From: Harriotta raleighana
Lineage: Eukaryota
Direction of reading: 5' to 3'
Assembly: GCA_050575255.1 (NCBI GenBank)
Contig: JBNZDD010013719.1
Coordinates: 9,010,866-9,074,865 of the forward strand
Length of the DNA: 64,000 bases
A model generated the notes under the pieces. The model did not search any database, was not told the DNA's origin, and was given only the letters and a program-made list of their open reading frames with translations. The stretch's first letter is position 1. Every line of letters starts with the position of its first letter. This document shows positions 1 to 12,234 of this stretch, one piece after another. A program made the position numbers and the translations under genes.

Positions 1-431
1 TTAACCCCATGTCTGCGGATGATGTCACCAAGGGGGAGCATATAGAGGGTGAAGAGGAGAGGACCAAGGACAGAGCCCTGAGGGACGCCGCACGAGACAG
101 TGCGGGGGCTGGAGGAAAAGCCATTTGCGGAAACAAAATGAAGACGGTGGGAGAGGTAGGACCTAAACCACTCAAGAACAGTGCCTTGAAGGTTGAGGTG
201 GGAGGACAGGCGGTGCAAGAGGATAGAGTGGTCGACCGTATCGAATGCGGCCGAAAGGTCGAGGAGGACGAGGAGGCAGAGGGAGCCCTGGTCACAGATG
301 GTCAGGATGTCATTGGTGACCTTGACCAGGGCGGTTTCCGTGCTATGGGCAGCACGGAAACCCGACTGGAGGGGTTCGAGGAGTGAGTGGGTGGAGAGGA
401 AAGAGCGCAGCTGGGAGGCGACAACTCTTTC
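1..431 (-). mobile_element. L2-clade LINE ORF2 reverse transcriptase fragment, 5'-truncated, continuing off the left edge of the window
   Basis: The minus strand translates to [11 protein letters not shown]...[23 protein letters not shown]...[22 protein letters not shown]...[23 protein letters not shown], which are canonical L2/CR1 RT motifs. Confidence 0.93.
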
Positions 432-587
432 CACTCAATCCATGACTGTTTGTAGGACACTGATGTGCGAAATTGGCTGCCATGTTTCACCCACAAAATA
501 TACAGGCACAATACACCTATTCTGTGAAGAGTTTTGAGACACCTGAACGACATGGTAAGGCATTATATTAAATGCAAATATTATTAT
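432..587 (+). mobile_element. 3' half of the abundant tRNA-derived SINE, interrupted by the L2 to its left
   Basis: It matches the repeated motif cactcaatccatgactgtttgtgggacactgctgtgcgcaattggctgcc...gcaa(g)gattattat, which recurs more than 20 times in the window. Confidence 0.85.
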
Positions 588-602
588 AAAAATCCATTTC
601 AG

Positions 603-800
603 GCAATAGCAGTGACAGTGAGGATCTTCCCGTCACAGACACCTCCAATAAATGCACTCCAGTTAAGAGCTCAAGCAAGTCTCAAAAGCTTGGCAGGTCT
701 CCTGCAATGATGACTTCTCCTAATAACAAAGATGGGGATAAAGAGAAAGATGGGAACGACAGTGCATCACCCAGGATGTACAAATGGAGTTTCCAGCTCA
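603..800 (+). CDS. ARID4A: ARID4A third-to-last coding exon (198 bp, phase 1-1)
   Basis: Bounded by tttcag| and |gtaag. It encodes (G)[21 protein letters not shown]...[11 protein letters not shown], which resembles human ARID4[11 protein letters not shown]...PRTYKWSFQL. Confidence 0.92.
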
Positions 801-1886
801 GTAAGATTTTTTTTTTCAAATGCATTTTGTTTTGTGAAGCAGTTAGAATAAACTTCACTCATCAGACAGTGTGATAAGTTAACTAAATACAATTGTAGAA
901 TTTGGCTGTGGATCATTGTTTTATTGATATTGGAGTGAATCCAATGTGAAATTTGTTCCAGTGTGGCAAGTTAGTGTATCCCCACCTCCCATACAAAGGA
1001 TAAATGCATATTACTGTTATATATGCCCATGAAAATGTATGTCTGTGTAAGGAAAACGTATGCCAAAACAGAACCACATAAAGGTTGATGCTTGTTACTT
1101 AATATTAACCCAAAACACACTCTTGGCTTGCCAAACTTTGGCTATTGGCTGTTGACATCCTGCTCCTAATATCTCCAGGATTAGGTAAAGTGAAAGCATC
1201 CCTCTGGGAAAAGAGTACATCCCATATCAGAAACACAAATCAAACGTATGTGGAATTCTCAGTGGTGTGATTTGGAAATTCTTAAGCATAATTACATGGT
1301 TTACATGCATGTGAGATACCTGACTGGTATCTGACAAGGTTAATTACTGTGTCCTGGTCAGATAAACCTCTAGATTTAAAAATTTGTGGTTACTATTTGT
1401 AGATGTGAACTACAGAAAATGGAATGCTTGTTTCAATGCATATAAATTGAAGTTGCAGTTTATATGTGATATTTAAAAATCTAAATTAGGATTTATGTTG
1501 GCTGATGAGACCCCCGAATGCTTCATTCTTGTTACAGATGGTGAAAAGTCTAAACGTTTCCAATTCATTGATATTTTCTCTTAAATGCTACTGCTGAAGG
1601 TTTTTGGCAGATAAATCCTATGCGCCTGTGTTCATTGACCTTTTTTTATATATTTTTTTTAAAAAGCATGTTAACCAGCCACCATAACAATTCTGAAAGT
1701 AGTCTTATCAACTTTGGTTTTGCAACACTGAGTGTGAATGGTGCAGGGTGATTGCTGAGATGAGGGGCAAAGTCATTGGAATAGTATCTAATGATGAAAC
1801 TAGAAATATGCGGGTACCTATCAGTGCTGTAGCCAGAGAATTATTATACCAAAAAAATTTATGGCTTTACTCCTAATTTTCTACAG

Positions 1887-2033
1887 CTGACCTTAATAAC
1901 TTGACAAGTGGAGAACGGATATCCTTCCTACAAGATAAACTACAGGAGATCAGAAAATACTACATGTCTTTGAAGTCTGAAGTAGCATCTATAGACAGAA
2001 GGAGAAAACGGTTAAAAAAGAAAGAAAGAGAAG
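1887..2033 (+). CDS. ARID4A: ARID4A penultimate coding exon (147 bp, C-terminal coiled coil)
   Basis: Bounded by ctacag| and |gtaatg. It encodes [49 protein letters not shown], the conserved ARID4 C-terminal domain. Confidence 0.96.
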
Positions 2034-3242
2034 GTAATGTGCAGAACGAAACATTTGCTTTGGCTGAGAATGAGATACGAGGCCTGCACATTTCAGCACA
2101 CAGTACGTTTCCCCAATGCAAGTTATCTTAAGAATTGTACAAATATCACCTTTCACCTACTACTTTTACATATGGTTCAGAGCTTTACATTCTGATAGCT
2201 GGATGCTGTTGAGTTCTATTGGTGTTTTGTCAGTGTAAAAAGACTCACCATTGTGTACTTCAGATTTTCACACATGAGAACGCCTGAAATGTACAATCCG
2301 AGTTAAGTGCATCGAGTGTGTGTCTCTCTAGATCGTCAAATATTTTTTCATGACAGAAATTCAAGCCACCTTGATGGTAGAATTATAAATCAATCAAAAT
2401 TACATTTATATAGCGCCTTTCACATTGGGAGGACTTCCCAAGGCCCTGTACAGTCAAGTAGGGATCAGAGCGGGGGAGGGCAGTCGGGGGACGGAAAGTA
2501 GGAAAAATTGACTGAATATTTGTGGGCGAAAACGTCTTGAAAATACAGAGCACACCCCATGCCCACACCCCCACTCCCCCACCCCCCACCCCCCCCCCCC
2601 ACACATCTTACAGACTGGGTATCCAGTCTACAGCCAAAAACATTTTGTTTTAAATTCCGCTGGGCCATCCATGCCTTGCAAACTCCCTCTTGCTGGCTTA
2701 CTTTACCCTGTGTGCACCAACACTTGAACAGTCTCAGCATCCTTGCTGGTCTTCACAATTGCTAGGGATTGACTTTGACTTCCGATTGCTTAACTATGTG
2801 CAGAAAACAACTTACTCGCTACTTTCTGCTTGCGGGATACAAACAATTGCAATATTGGTGCCGGCAGACTGATGTACTATGATAGGAAGCAGAATAGTCT
2901 GTATGGGAAAAGAAAGAATTTATTTGGTGCATACTCATTAGTGTAAATCAAACTAGTTTGAATAACAGGTATGCATTTTAGTCCCAACTAGTTATTGCTG
3001 GAGATTCACAAAATTTGAACCTTTGTTCTGTCAGTTTATGTACAACATAGGGCATGATGAGTGTATACTTGTTGAGTTTACAAAACAAGAACAACAAAAT
3101 TTATATAAAGCCTTTCGCATCGGGGGGATGTCCCAGGGCGCTGAAAAGAGCCAGTGGTAAAGTTAGATTGAAGTGCTACGTATTTTATATGGTGCAATGT
3201 TCTGTGCAAATCATTTTTCTAACCTACATTATTTTGTCCCAG

Positions 3243-3352
3243 CAGTTACACCTGCAGCTGTAGGTACATCCTCTGCCTCTTCAGAAACTGGTATGAGTCC
3301 TCCTTCCTCTGCTTCACCAACCCAGAACAGTGTGGCAGTAGAATGTAGGTGA
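3243..3352 (+). CDS. ARID4A: ARID4A terminal coding exon to the stop codon
   Basis: The acceptor is cccag|cag. It encodes AVTPAAVGTSSASSETGMSPPSSASPTQNSVAVECR* (TGA 3350-3352), close to the human ending [26 protein letters not shown]. Confidence 0.94.
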
Positions 3353-5210
3353 TGAAACGCCCCCTCCCCTTCCCCCCACACACCCCTCTTCCCCCAGCAG
3401 TCTGCTGCCATAACACAAGTGCTAAAATATCTTGGAACATTAGCATAGGAAGCACTTAGCTGATTGGACTTGTGTATTGTCAGTGGGATTTAAATGGACC
3501 TTTCCCAGTCCTGGTTAACTCCCAGTTCCTTTTGACACTGCAAGGCACAGAGTTGAATGTAATTTGAAATGAGTGGAGATGAGCTTCATTAACGACTACT
3601 GTCCACTCTATTACATGAAAAGGCACTTTGTAGAAACGGCCTCTCAGTGATTTAATGAAATGAATGTGACCATTTTCCTCAGAAGACTCGCCCAGAATAA
3701 TAAGTGCACCAGAAGAAAGCTTTGTTGGTTATGGAACAGAAGATGCCCACTACGAGCCCAGTCAGCTCAGTTCGTTCGTGGGGTAGTCGTTCCGATTCAG
3801 TCTTAGTTGTGGGAGCATTAGCAATGTTGAACTGCCAAAGTACACATTGAGCAGAGTGCCCTATTTTGTGTAATGTGGAAATGAGATGAAATAGATTGTT
3901 ACAGGAAATTTAGTTTACTGAAAACTGGAACTAATGGAGAAAAAAGTCTTCCGCTTTTTTGCTGTTGAATTTGAGCACACTGTTATGCAAGTGAGATTTC
4001 TTATTTAAATTTTTGTAATGTTTACAGTCCCGTTGGAGAAACTGGCTTTCAGTAGACTAATTTCTGCAGCAACACTAATTTGTCTCTTTTTATATGTAAT
4101 TGCAGAGTTTTTATTTTATTACAAAAAGTTTCAAAAATATATCACAACAATGAAGTTATTTAACAGAAAAATTTCTAGACCTGAGAATTTTGTGTAAAAT
4201 AAAAAAAATTGTATTATCTTGCAACTTGTGAAGTATATTTATTCAGACAAGGCAATGGACATAAAACTTGTATTTTTTATGTATTTTTAAAACCAGAAAG
4301 AAAAGATGATATTTTCAGACTTGGTTCCGTTTTCCAGGTTTGGTCACTCATTTCCCAAAATGCTGCAAACCTTGAATTACGATTTCAATCATTTCGAAAG
4401 CAGGGTTGCCTGTCTTGAATTTCATATCCTGAGCACTCAGTTGTCTAGCTTTATGGTCATACTGCCTAATGGTAAATTGTACTATTGTAGTTGTCCTATT
4501 AAAGAAGGTTGGTTGATCTATTGGTCCAGCTTCAGTTACCATACGAACCCAGCAAGTTGTACAACCAACATTTTTTTTTCTTTTTAAAAAGAATTGTACG
4601 AGAATGGCAATGACGATGCAAACTACAGTTACCATTAGATGGCCGTGAACATTTTTCAGTCCATGGGTAGAGCCATGGAGAACTACTTTGCATACTTTGT
4701 ATATATCTCAATTCTTCCAGAACCATGTATTTAATGAATACAGTTTGCACATGCATTGTGTATAGATGTGATTATTTTATCAATTCTTATCCATACCTGA
4801 ACTGTACATTAAGGAATTGGTGTCCCTTCCCAATGTTTGTTAATATGCTGTAGAGTAATAGCGTGAATGCTCTAGACTGTATATTATGATACTGTGGTTC
4901 AGATCAGCAGTGGGCCTGAGGTGGATTGTAATAGTATTCCATAGAACTGCTAACAAATCAATGTCCATTCATCTTATGTTTGATTTTTTTCTATTTCTTG
5001 ACAGCAGTGTGAAATTGTAGTAGTTAATACAATGGATTTTTTCTTCCACATTTGTAGTGGAGGAGAAAAATTTGACGATGGCTTAATTTTTTTAAAAGCA
5101 GAGCAAACTTTTTTTTCTCTCTCTTCCACTTGCAAAGCTGGTGTATCGTAATGTGAAATAAAATGGAGCTCCGTACAGAGTATTAATAAAGGCCAAGTTT
5201 TAAGAAACTG
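3353..5210 (+). other. ARID4A: Probable ARID4A 3'UTR with polyadenylation signals
   Basis: Repeat-free AU-rich sequence follows the stop. AATAAA occurs at 4198-4203, 5157-5162 and 5185-5190, with a U/GU-rich tract near 5220. The 3' end is inferred. Confidence 0.6.
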
Positions 5211-6637
5211 CTTTGAATGATTGTTTTGTCACCATTAAGTTTTTCAACATTTTGTGGTGCTTCTTGGTTGTAGCATGGACAGAAGGCAAGGTGGCAGTCT
5301 GTTCATGAGGATATGAATGAGAGCTGCCTCAAAACTGCTCACTGGTTTTTATTTAAAATTCCTCCCTTTCTACAGGTTAGGCACCTGCCATTAATTTGAT
5401 GGCTCCTTTTAACCCAGCTAAATTCAGTAATGCAGGTTGCACCAGGTTGCAAACTATCCAATGATGTGGACCAGAATCGAACACTGTTGAAGTACTACTG
5501 CAAGCAATATTGTATCATTTTCTTGAAAAGGAAATGCAATTAACATTGCAGTGTGTCTGTATGCAGATCCAGGAAAACCATTATTTTCTAACCACATTGA
5601 TCTCTATTTTGAAAAATTATGGCTTGTGGACAGATTTATAATATAATCCTTGCTCCTCATTTTATCAGTATTTAAAAGTGTTTCTCGGGAATGTACTGCA
5701 AAGTGTAATGTCGATTTGTAAGTTAAAGTTTACTCAACAGTCCAACGAATGCATTAATCTGATAATTTGTCTTTCACTTGTCACCACCACTTAACACATC
5801 ATATTATCAATATCCTGAACCACATCTATTTGTGTGTGTGTGTATATATAGGCCACTGGAAACAGGGGAACAGACTATTGCACAAAGGGACAATGATGCA
5901 ATTAAAATCCCACTTCAGTAATTACTGCGTGCCTGGAATTCCCTCTACATATTTAAACATTACTTAACAAACAAATGTAACCTCTGAATGGAAATTAATA
6001 ATAATAATCCTTATATTTATATAGCGCTTTCCACATCTTATCGACGTCCCAAAGCGCTTTACAGAATACGACAATTAAATGTGATATGGAAAGAAATAAG
6101 GGTACAATTTTGGAAGTCTGAAATATAAAATGAGGAATGTAAGAGAGGAAGGCAACTTGAAGAGATAAAAACTGGCACATCTAAACACCATTGGAATTAA
6201 ATAACCCTTGCATTTGATATGCTTTTAATGTCAAAATATTTTAAGTACTTTTGACAGCTTGAACTTCCAGCCATTCACATTGGAAAACATTTCAAAGCAC
6301 TTCATAGAGACAGAGAGGAAACCCAACTGGTGGGGTTAAGGAGGCTGTTTTTATACAGGATTTGAAAGCAGGCTGAGATGAAGGAATTTAGAGCAAGAAT
6401 AGGGGTAAAGTGACTGAAAGCTTATCCTACTATAGTGGGGTAGTGTGTTGCAGACTGAGGAGAGGCAATGGACTTGAGGTAGATCTGAGTCACACGTAAT
6501 TGTTCAGTACAGTGACTATTCACACACAAACACATTATCTTTAAAAAAGGGGGGCAACTTACTGGTTGTGCGCTGGATTCACAAACCTTTATCCTATGAT
6601 AACTTGTGAAGGATGTCTCATTGACATAAGGTGCTGT

Positions 6638-6890
6638 TTAATAATAATTCTTGCATTTGATATAGCGCCTTATCACATCTACTAGACTTCTCAAAGTGCT
6701 TCAAGGAATATACTGCAAAGTGAATTGATTGTAATTTTGTGTTGATATTACAGAAATAATAATCGTCCTTACATTTATAAAGCATTGTATATTATTTTTA
6801 AATGCTTTATCGTGCCATTGAGATGTCTCAAAGTGCTGCACGGAATGTAAAGTCAAGTGATTATACTTTGTGGGTGAAATGCAGGGATTA
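6638..6890 (-). mobile_element. Two adjacent 3' fragments of the tRNA SINE
   Basis: The motif aataataattcttgcatttgatatagcgcc...ctcaaagtgct...gtgaattga appears twice. Confidence 0.75.
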
Positions 6891-6896
6891 TTTGTC

Positions 6897-7120
6897 GAGT
6901 TCTGTAGCTCAGTGATTAGAACACTCAAGAAATCTCAAGAAAGAAAAAATAATTATTTGGTCACTCAATCCACGACTGTTTATGGGACACTGCTGTGTTC
7001 AATTAAATGCTATTCAATTCAATATATAGTCAATTCAGGTTACAATTATATTCTGTGAGCGCTTTAAGATGTTTAGAAGATGTGAGAAGGGCTACTTCGA
7101 ATGCAAGGATTATATCTAAT
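6897..7120 (+). mobile_element. Internally deleted tRNA SINE (A-box head joined to the 3' half)
   Basis: The head gagttctgtagctcagtgattagaacactc is followed by ggtcactcaatccacgactg...gcaaggattat. Confidence 0.75.
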
Positions 7121-7139
7121 CACAGCTGTGGTTTCAGTC

Positions 7140-7640
7140 AGATGCCACACCCCCTTCCCCTCTACAACTTTTTTGCCAGTCACAAAGATGGTGGTCGCAG
7201 CTTCAATCAATCACGAGGCCGCTGCCAGCATGCGAGTGGGCGGGCGGATGGGTCAGAGTTCAGACAGTGAAGAACCAGTGAGCGGCTGCGCGAACGTCCA
7301 TACACGTGCTTGCAGTGTGTGCGGGTTACGCAAGGGCTGAGCCGCAGTTCCCCGGAATGTCGCTGGTCGGTAAAACGGGTGCCGTTGTGGCCGGAGTCGT
7401 CGGGGTGGCCTTCGTTGGGTATTGCCTGTACTTCGACAGGAAAAGGAGGAGCGCCCCCGACTTCAAGAGAAAGTTAGGCGAAAGTAAGTGGTTTCCTTTC
7501 TCTCTCGTCTTTCCTGCTGTCCCCCCACCCACCTCCCCTCGTCCTGGGGCAGCCATTGGTGCTGGTAACATACACCTTGAGATCTGACAAGCCTGGCCTA
7601 CACTCCAGTCCCTTGTGTCCTGTCCTGTCGCCCGCCTGAC
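7140..7640 (+). promoter_or_regulatory. CpG-rich promoter and first exon region of the TOMM20L-position gene
   Basis: Local CpG/GC enrichment, a YY1-like AAGATGG at 7185-7191 and a GC box GGGCGGGCGG at 7238-7247, all upstream of the ATG at 7357. Confidence 0.65.
7357..7483 (+). CDS. TOMM20L: TOM20-family mitochondrial import receptor (TOMM20L by synteny), coding exon 1 with N-terminal TM anchor
   Basis: Encodes MSLVGKTGAVVAGVVGVAFVGYCLYFDRKRRSAPDFKRKLGE, containing the TOM20 signature GYCxYFDRKRRS. The donor is a|gtaagt. It lies between ARID4A and TIMM9, as human TOMM20L does. Confidence 0.93.
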
Positions 7641-7744
7641 CCTGCACAGACACTCACTCTCACACATACACAGAGAGCTGCATTGATGCTGGTCGCTCTC
7701 AATTATTATTATGTCATTGTTATTAAATAGGCTGCCAATTGACA

Positions 7745-7940
7745 GCGAATTCGATACTATAGCCGTCCAAAAGTAATTGGATAGGTACCTAAAAGGGGGG
7801 AGGGGGAAAATAAAAATGTGCAAGGCTACATGAGGTAAGAGCAGGAGAGTGGGACTGGTTGGATAGGTTTTTCCCCCCAAAAAAACCATCCGATACAGGC
7901 ATGATGGGCCGAATAACCTCCTTCAGTGCTATAAGGTTTT
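7745..7940 (+). mobile_element. CR1 LINE 3' end fragment
   Basis: aattggataggtaccta...gggactggttggatag...caggcatgatgggccgaataacctccttcagtgcta is typical of a fish CR1 3'UTR. Confidence 0.7.
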
Positions 7941-8229
7941 GTTAAATAATACATTTAAAATGCAAGGATTAAAGAATATGTTATTGTTAATAATAATAAT
8001 AATTTTAAAAGCCTTGCAATTGATATAGCACTTTATCACAAATTTGAAATGTCTTAAAGCGCATCACGGGAAATAGTGTAAAGTGAATTGACTGTATATT
8101 TTGTGGGTGAAACGTGGCAGTCAATTATTAATTAAAGCACCTCCAATGTTTCGCAATAATGATGATTCTCTCCAGCAAAATGAGCATGTGTTGGATGAGG
8201 ATGAAGGCACGTACAAATTACCTCACACT

Positions 8230-8680
8230 TTGGCACCTCCCTAACTTTCCAACTTGCTTACTGTGCACTCACTGCTGCCTTCACTCAGCTGGCCATCCTT
8301 CGTCCACTCCACTCAACCATCAGTGACCATTCTTTCCACCACTGAAACCACTATTACTATTAATAATAATACTTGCATTTGATATATCACATTGTTGGGA
8401 AGACATAAAGTGCTTCGGAAAATACTGTAAAGTTAATTGATTATATTTTGTGAGCGAAATGGGGCAGCCAATTGTGCATAACATGTGGAAATGTCCTGAA
8501 ACTATAGAACTCTGCTTCATTCCCTCCACTTTGCTTACTCCTTGCTTGCCTTCAGTTCACAACTGAAGGCTTTTCTCTTCGACGGTCACCTTTTCTCAGC
8601 TTGGCCAATGCTAAGCGCTCCCAAGAACACAACCTGTGTGTGAAGGGATCTATATCAATACATGTTGTTGGAATATAACT
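8230..8680 (+). mobile_element. Degenerate L2 3' fragment interrupted by a minus-strand SINE (about 8352-8490)
   Basis: C-rich L2 ORF2 C-terminal-like sequence (…ctgaaggcttttctcttcgac…) lies on both sides of a SINE 3' half. Confidence 0.6.
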
Positions 8681-8902
8681 GATGCACTATTTGCCAGTGG
8701 TGGCCTATGTATCTTAATTTTAAGGCTGATTGAGATGTCTGATCAAAGAGCGCCTACAAAACGACCCTGGCGTGTATTTGCACAGTGGAATTTGTCACTG
8801 TTGCCCCAAATACAAAAAGTTTTTAAAAATATATCATTTTATTTTGTTTTGTGTTACTTGTCCTCATAATTGATTCTCACCGCTTGTGATTTGTATTCAT
8901 AG

Positions 8903-8952
8903 GAAGAAGAAAACAGCGACAACAAGCTAAAGAAAATAATTTTGTTGGCAAG
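8903..8952 (+). CDS. TOMM20L: TOMM20L coding exon 2 (50 bp)
   Basis: Bounded by catag| and |gtcaga. It encodes RRRKQRQQAKENNFVGK, and phase 1-0 fits its neighbours. Confidence 0.88.
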
Positions 8953-10312
8953 GTCAGACCTGCTTGTATCTATACACTGGGTTCTCTTCTGAAAATACTT
9001 GTGCATTATGTGTTCTATGTTTGATGTGCAAAATTTCCCTCTGCTCTCCCAATAATTTAATGAATGAAGGCTAGTGTAATAGCACTAGCCCATTACAACA
9101 TTGAAGGTCACAACTGACTCCTTCTGTGCTAAGGCTGATGTCATGTAGGGAACCTGTATCATTTGGGACAGCTGTAGGTGCTAGGTGGACTTCATTGGCA
9201 CCTGGAAAATCCACAAGCATTTGTGTTCCTAATGGCTGTCCAGAATCCCATTTAATTGTACAGTAATCCCTTTTGAAACTGCATATTTGTGGTTGTTGGC
9301 TGTGATACATTCCACAAATTGTTTGTTGTGTAAACTCACACATGAAGAATGACATAAGGAAGGTTAGCTTGCAAAATTGGCAAAGCAAACCCACTTAAAA
9401 TGCTGATAAATCCCTTCTTTGTCTATAATTTTAATAATGTGTGTGACATCTAGCCAAGATTTTGAACAGATTATTGATTCATGACCCCTTCTTAAATGTT
9501 ACTAAACTCTGCATTCATGTGGAAAAGTATAATTTGGCATCCTATTGAAAATAAATGGTGTGGATGGTGTGGTTGTTCAAAACACCATCCTTTCACCTCT
9601 TGTTTCAATTCAGCCCAGCATGGCAAGACGATTGACTCCTCTCCCTTTCTGGTTCTAAATGAAATTAGTTCATCCATTTCAGTTAAATAATGCTTTATGA
9701 TTTAGTGCCTTATTACAGGTTACAACGTCCCAAAATATTTCATGTGAGAGATACTCTTCAATTGTAGCGATTGTTGCATAACCAAATGTAGTGTCTGATT
9801 TGCACCAATAACATCTCACAAATAACAATGCAACAAACTGAATCTTTTTAAAAGAAACAAAGGATGATAATCCTTCCATTTCATATAGTGATTATGACAT
9901 CAAAATTGTTTTAAAGCACTTTGCAGGTATCTGATGTGTAGTGACTGTGTCAAGTAATTGATATCTCATGTAGGCAATCATGGCAGCCAATTTCCCTCAT
10001 AGAAGCTTAGCCATTTTGTCGGATGATTAATTAATGATGTCTAGAAGTTTGTTTCTCAACATTGGCCTTGAACCTGCAGCATTTTAATGCAGTGGTGAGA
10101 GTGCTACAAATTGAGATTAGCTGCAACCTGGATTAGAGAAGAAGATAGGATAGGACACTTGGAGAGTTCCCTGCTCTTTTGAAATAGAAGCATAGGAAAG
10201 TTACAATTACTTTTAAGTGGGATTACACAGGCTCTTCATTTGGGAGTTGTGCAATACAGATTTTCATAACTGATGGATTATTTTAACTTTTTTTTTACCG
10301 TTTACAATTTAG

Positions 10313-10394
10313 TTACCTGACATGAAAGATGTTGAAGCAGTACAGAAATTCTTTCTTGAAGAGGTCCAGTTTGGGGAAGAATTGCTGGCCAGAG
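10313..10394 (+). CDS. TOMM20L: TOMM20L coding exon 3 (82 bp)
   Basis: Bounded by tttag| and |gtaaat. It encodes LPDMKDVEAVQKFFLEEVQFGEELLAR(G), matching TOM20 LPDLKDAEAVQKFFLEEIQLGEELLAQG. Confidence 0.95.
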
Positions 10395-11392
10395 GTAAAT
10401 GTTCAACAGTTGGTTTTCTTATCAGTTCATACAAATTCTGTGATATCTTCACTATTTTCTAATAACAAGACACATTTTAGAACTCCCTGATATGAATTTT
10501 AACCTTCATTAAACCTGCAGATTTCAACTCGGTTCCAACATAAAGTGACGGTAAATAGTCTTAAGGGCTAGACACAATGAAACAGATCTATAGAATTCTA
10601 TCCCTGAGCTGAATGGTTTTGTTGGAGAGAAAAAGTTATTGTACACTTAGATACAGAAAGACCTTTATTGTTAACGCAGTTTTTTGTTTTAAAATGGTCA
10701 ATTCTGTTTAATTTTTGTCAATTTGCTCATTTTAAGGTTGACATGGTTGTATTACCAAGTCCATCCTTGATGTGAACATCAGCTAAAAGTTTGTCTAGAT
10801 ACAATTTGAACATTAGAAAGCTAGATTTATGCTTCCTATTTTTAATTGCTGGTGTTTGAGGAGAGCTCTGCTCCGAAAACCAGGGTTCATTATTTTAGGA
10901 TCTGTGAGTTCAACTGGCTGTTCTTCAATCATATTAAAAATGGTTCCTTAAAATCAGAGTTCCAAGATAATCTCGACAGCTGGAGTTCCAGAACTAATTA
11001 CCTTACAATTAGGCAACCCGTACTGATTTTTTTAAAGCATTTTTGAACTAGAGTATAAATAGGCATTAAAGGAACAAATGCAGATAGACAACAAAGGTAC
11101 TATGAGTTGCAGAGTTTGTGTGTGGGTGGAAGGGAAGTGCGAGAAGGGAAAGAGTGACTGAGAAGAGATGTCCAGTCTCAGCTCAGCATGTTGAGCTGTG
11201 CTGACATCCATAGCTTGAATTTGACGGATTTCCAACTTAAATAGTGATTTGTCACCAGAGGACACTGTACATCATTGCATTTGCCAGGAGGGGTAGATGA
11301 GAAAATGAGGAGTGAAGAAATCAAACATTTTCTTTCCAATATGGTCTAAAGAGATTAATCTCTCAAAGTGCCTAATTCTTGTTTATTTTCAG

Positions 11393-11535
11393 GTGACTAT
11401 GAGAGAGGCGTCGACCATTTAAGTAATGCCGTGTCTGTCTGTGGTCAGCCCCAGCAACTGTTACAGGTCCTCCAACAAACACTACCACAACCAGTGTTTC
11501 AAATGCTCATCCAAAGGTTACCTGTTATTAGACAG
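11393..11535 (+). CDS. TOMM20L: TOMM20L coding exon 4 (143 bp, TPR-like region)
   Basis: Bounded by tttcag| and |gtatta. It encodes DYERGVDHLSNAVSVCGQPQQLLQVLQQTLPQPVFQMLIQRLPVIRQ. Confidence 0.95.
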
Positions 11536-12234
11536 GTATTACAGTATTTCTTTCCTCTTTGTAAACAAAAGTTTTTTGGGTAGAGGCTGCTACAAATTCA
11601 CTTATTGAAATGGTTGAAATATTTTAAGATATAGAAGTGTAAACCTTGAAATGTGAGACAACCCAGATTAGCTGGAGTGCTTTTATATCACAAAATATAA
11701 TGACCTGTGATTGAGTTATGTAGTGTTTATAAATTGAGATTTCATTTTTTTACAACTTGGTAGTAAAATTATCATGGAATCAGAGGGTATTACAGGCTAA
11801 ATTCTTCAATAATCCTTATTTATTTCCCATACTGCTCTACCGCCATAGAGAATCTTTGAACTGGGACCGCAGTTAAAACTGAAGCAATAACTGCTACTCT
11901 TAATAGACAGTTTGGATTGTAATGAGACAAAATGGTGATGTTCTTCCCCATACTTTTTTTTTAAGGTGTAACACTTGATTTTAACACCTCGCAACTGAGG
12001 TTGACTTGTTTCCTTATCCATGTGACATTTGCAGTAAACTATTAGTATATTATTTACTCTTGCCTCATCAGTGTTTTTGTATCGTCAGTATTTTCACAGA
12101 AGAAAGTGGTGTATAATTTGAAGCCATATGAATATCTAAATCTGTTCAGAAGTTGAAAGTGAAGTGTATGTATGATAAACTTATCTTACTGTTCCAGAGA
12201 ACAAGAAAATTCTAACATGTTTCTCTTACTTCAG

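Noticed and set aside
9-537. Plus-strand ORFs of 125 and 114 aa
   Set aside because: They are antisense shadows of the L2 RT fragment and run into a SINE.
1495-1560. CTGATGA-GAC...GTC-TAAAC resembling a hammerhead ribozyme in an ARID4A intron
   Set aside because: The essential GAAA reads TAAA, and I could not form convincing stems I and III.
3350-3355. Tandem TGA TGA after Cys-Arg, considered as possible selenocysteine or readthrough
   Set aside because: The orthologous protein ends at VECR, and I recognised no SECIS. This is an ordinary stop.
7326-7889. 187-aa minus-strand ORF
   Set aside because: It is antisense to TOMM20L exon 1 plus a CR1 fragment in GC-rich DNA, with no recognisable homology.
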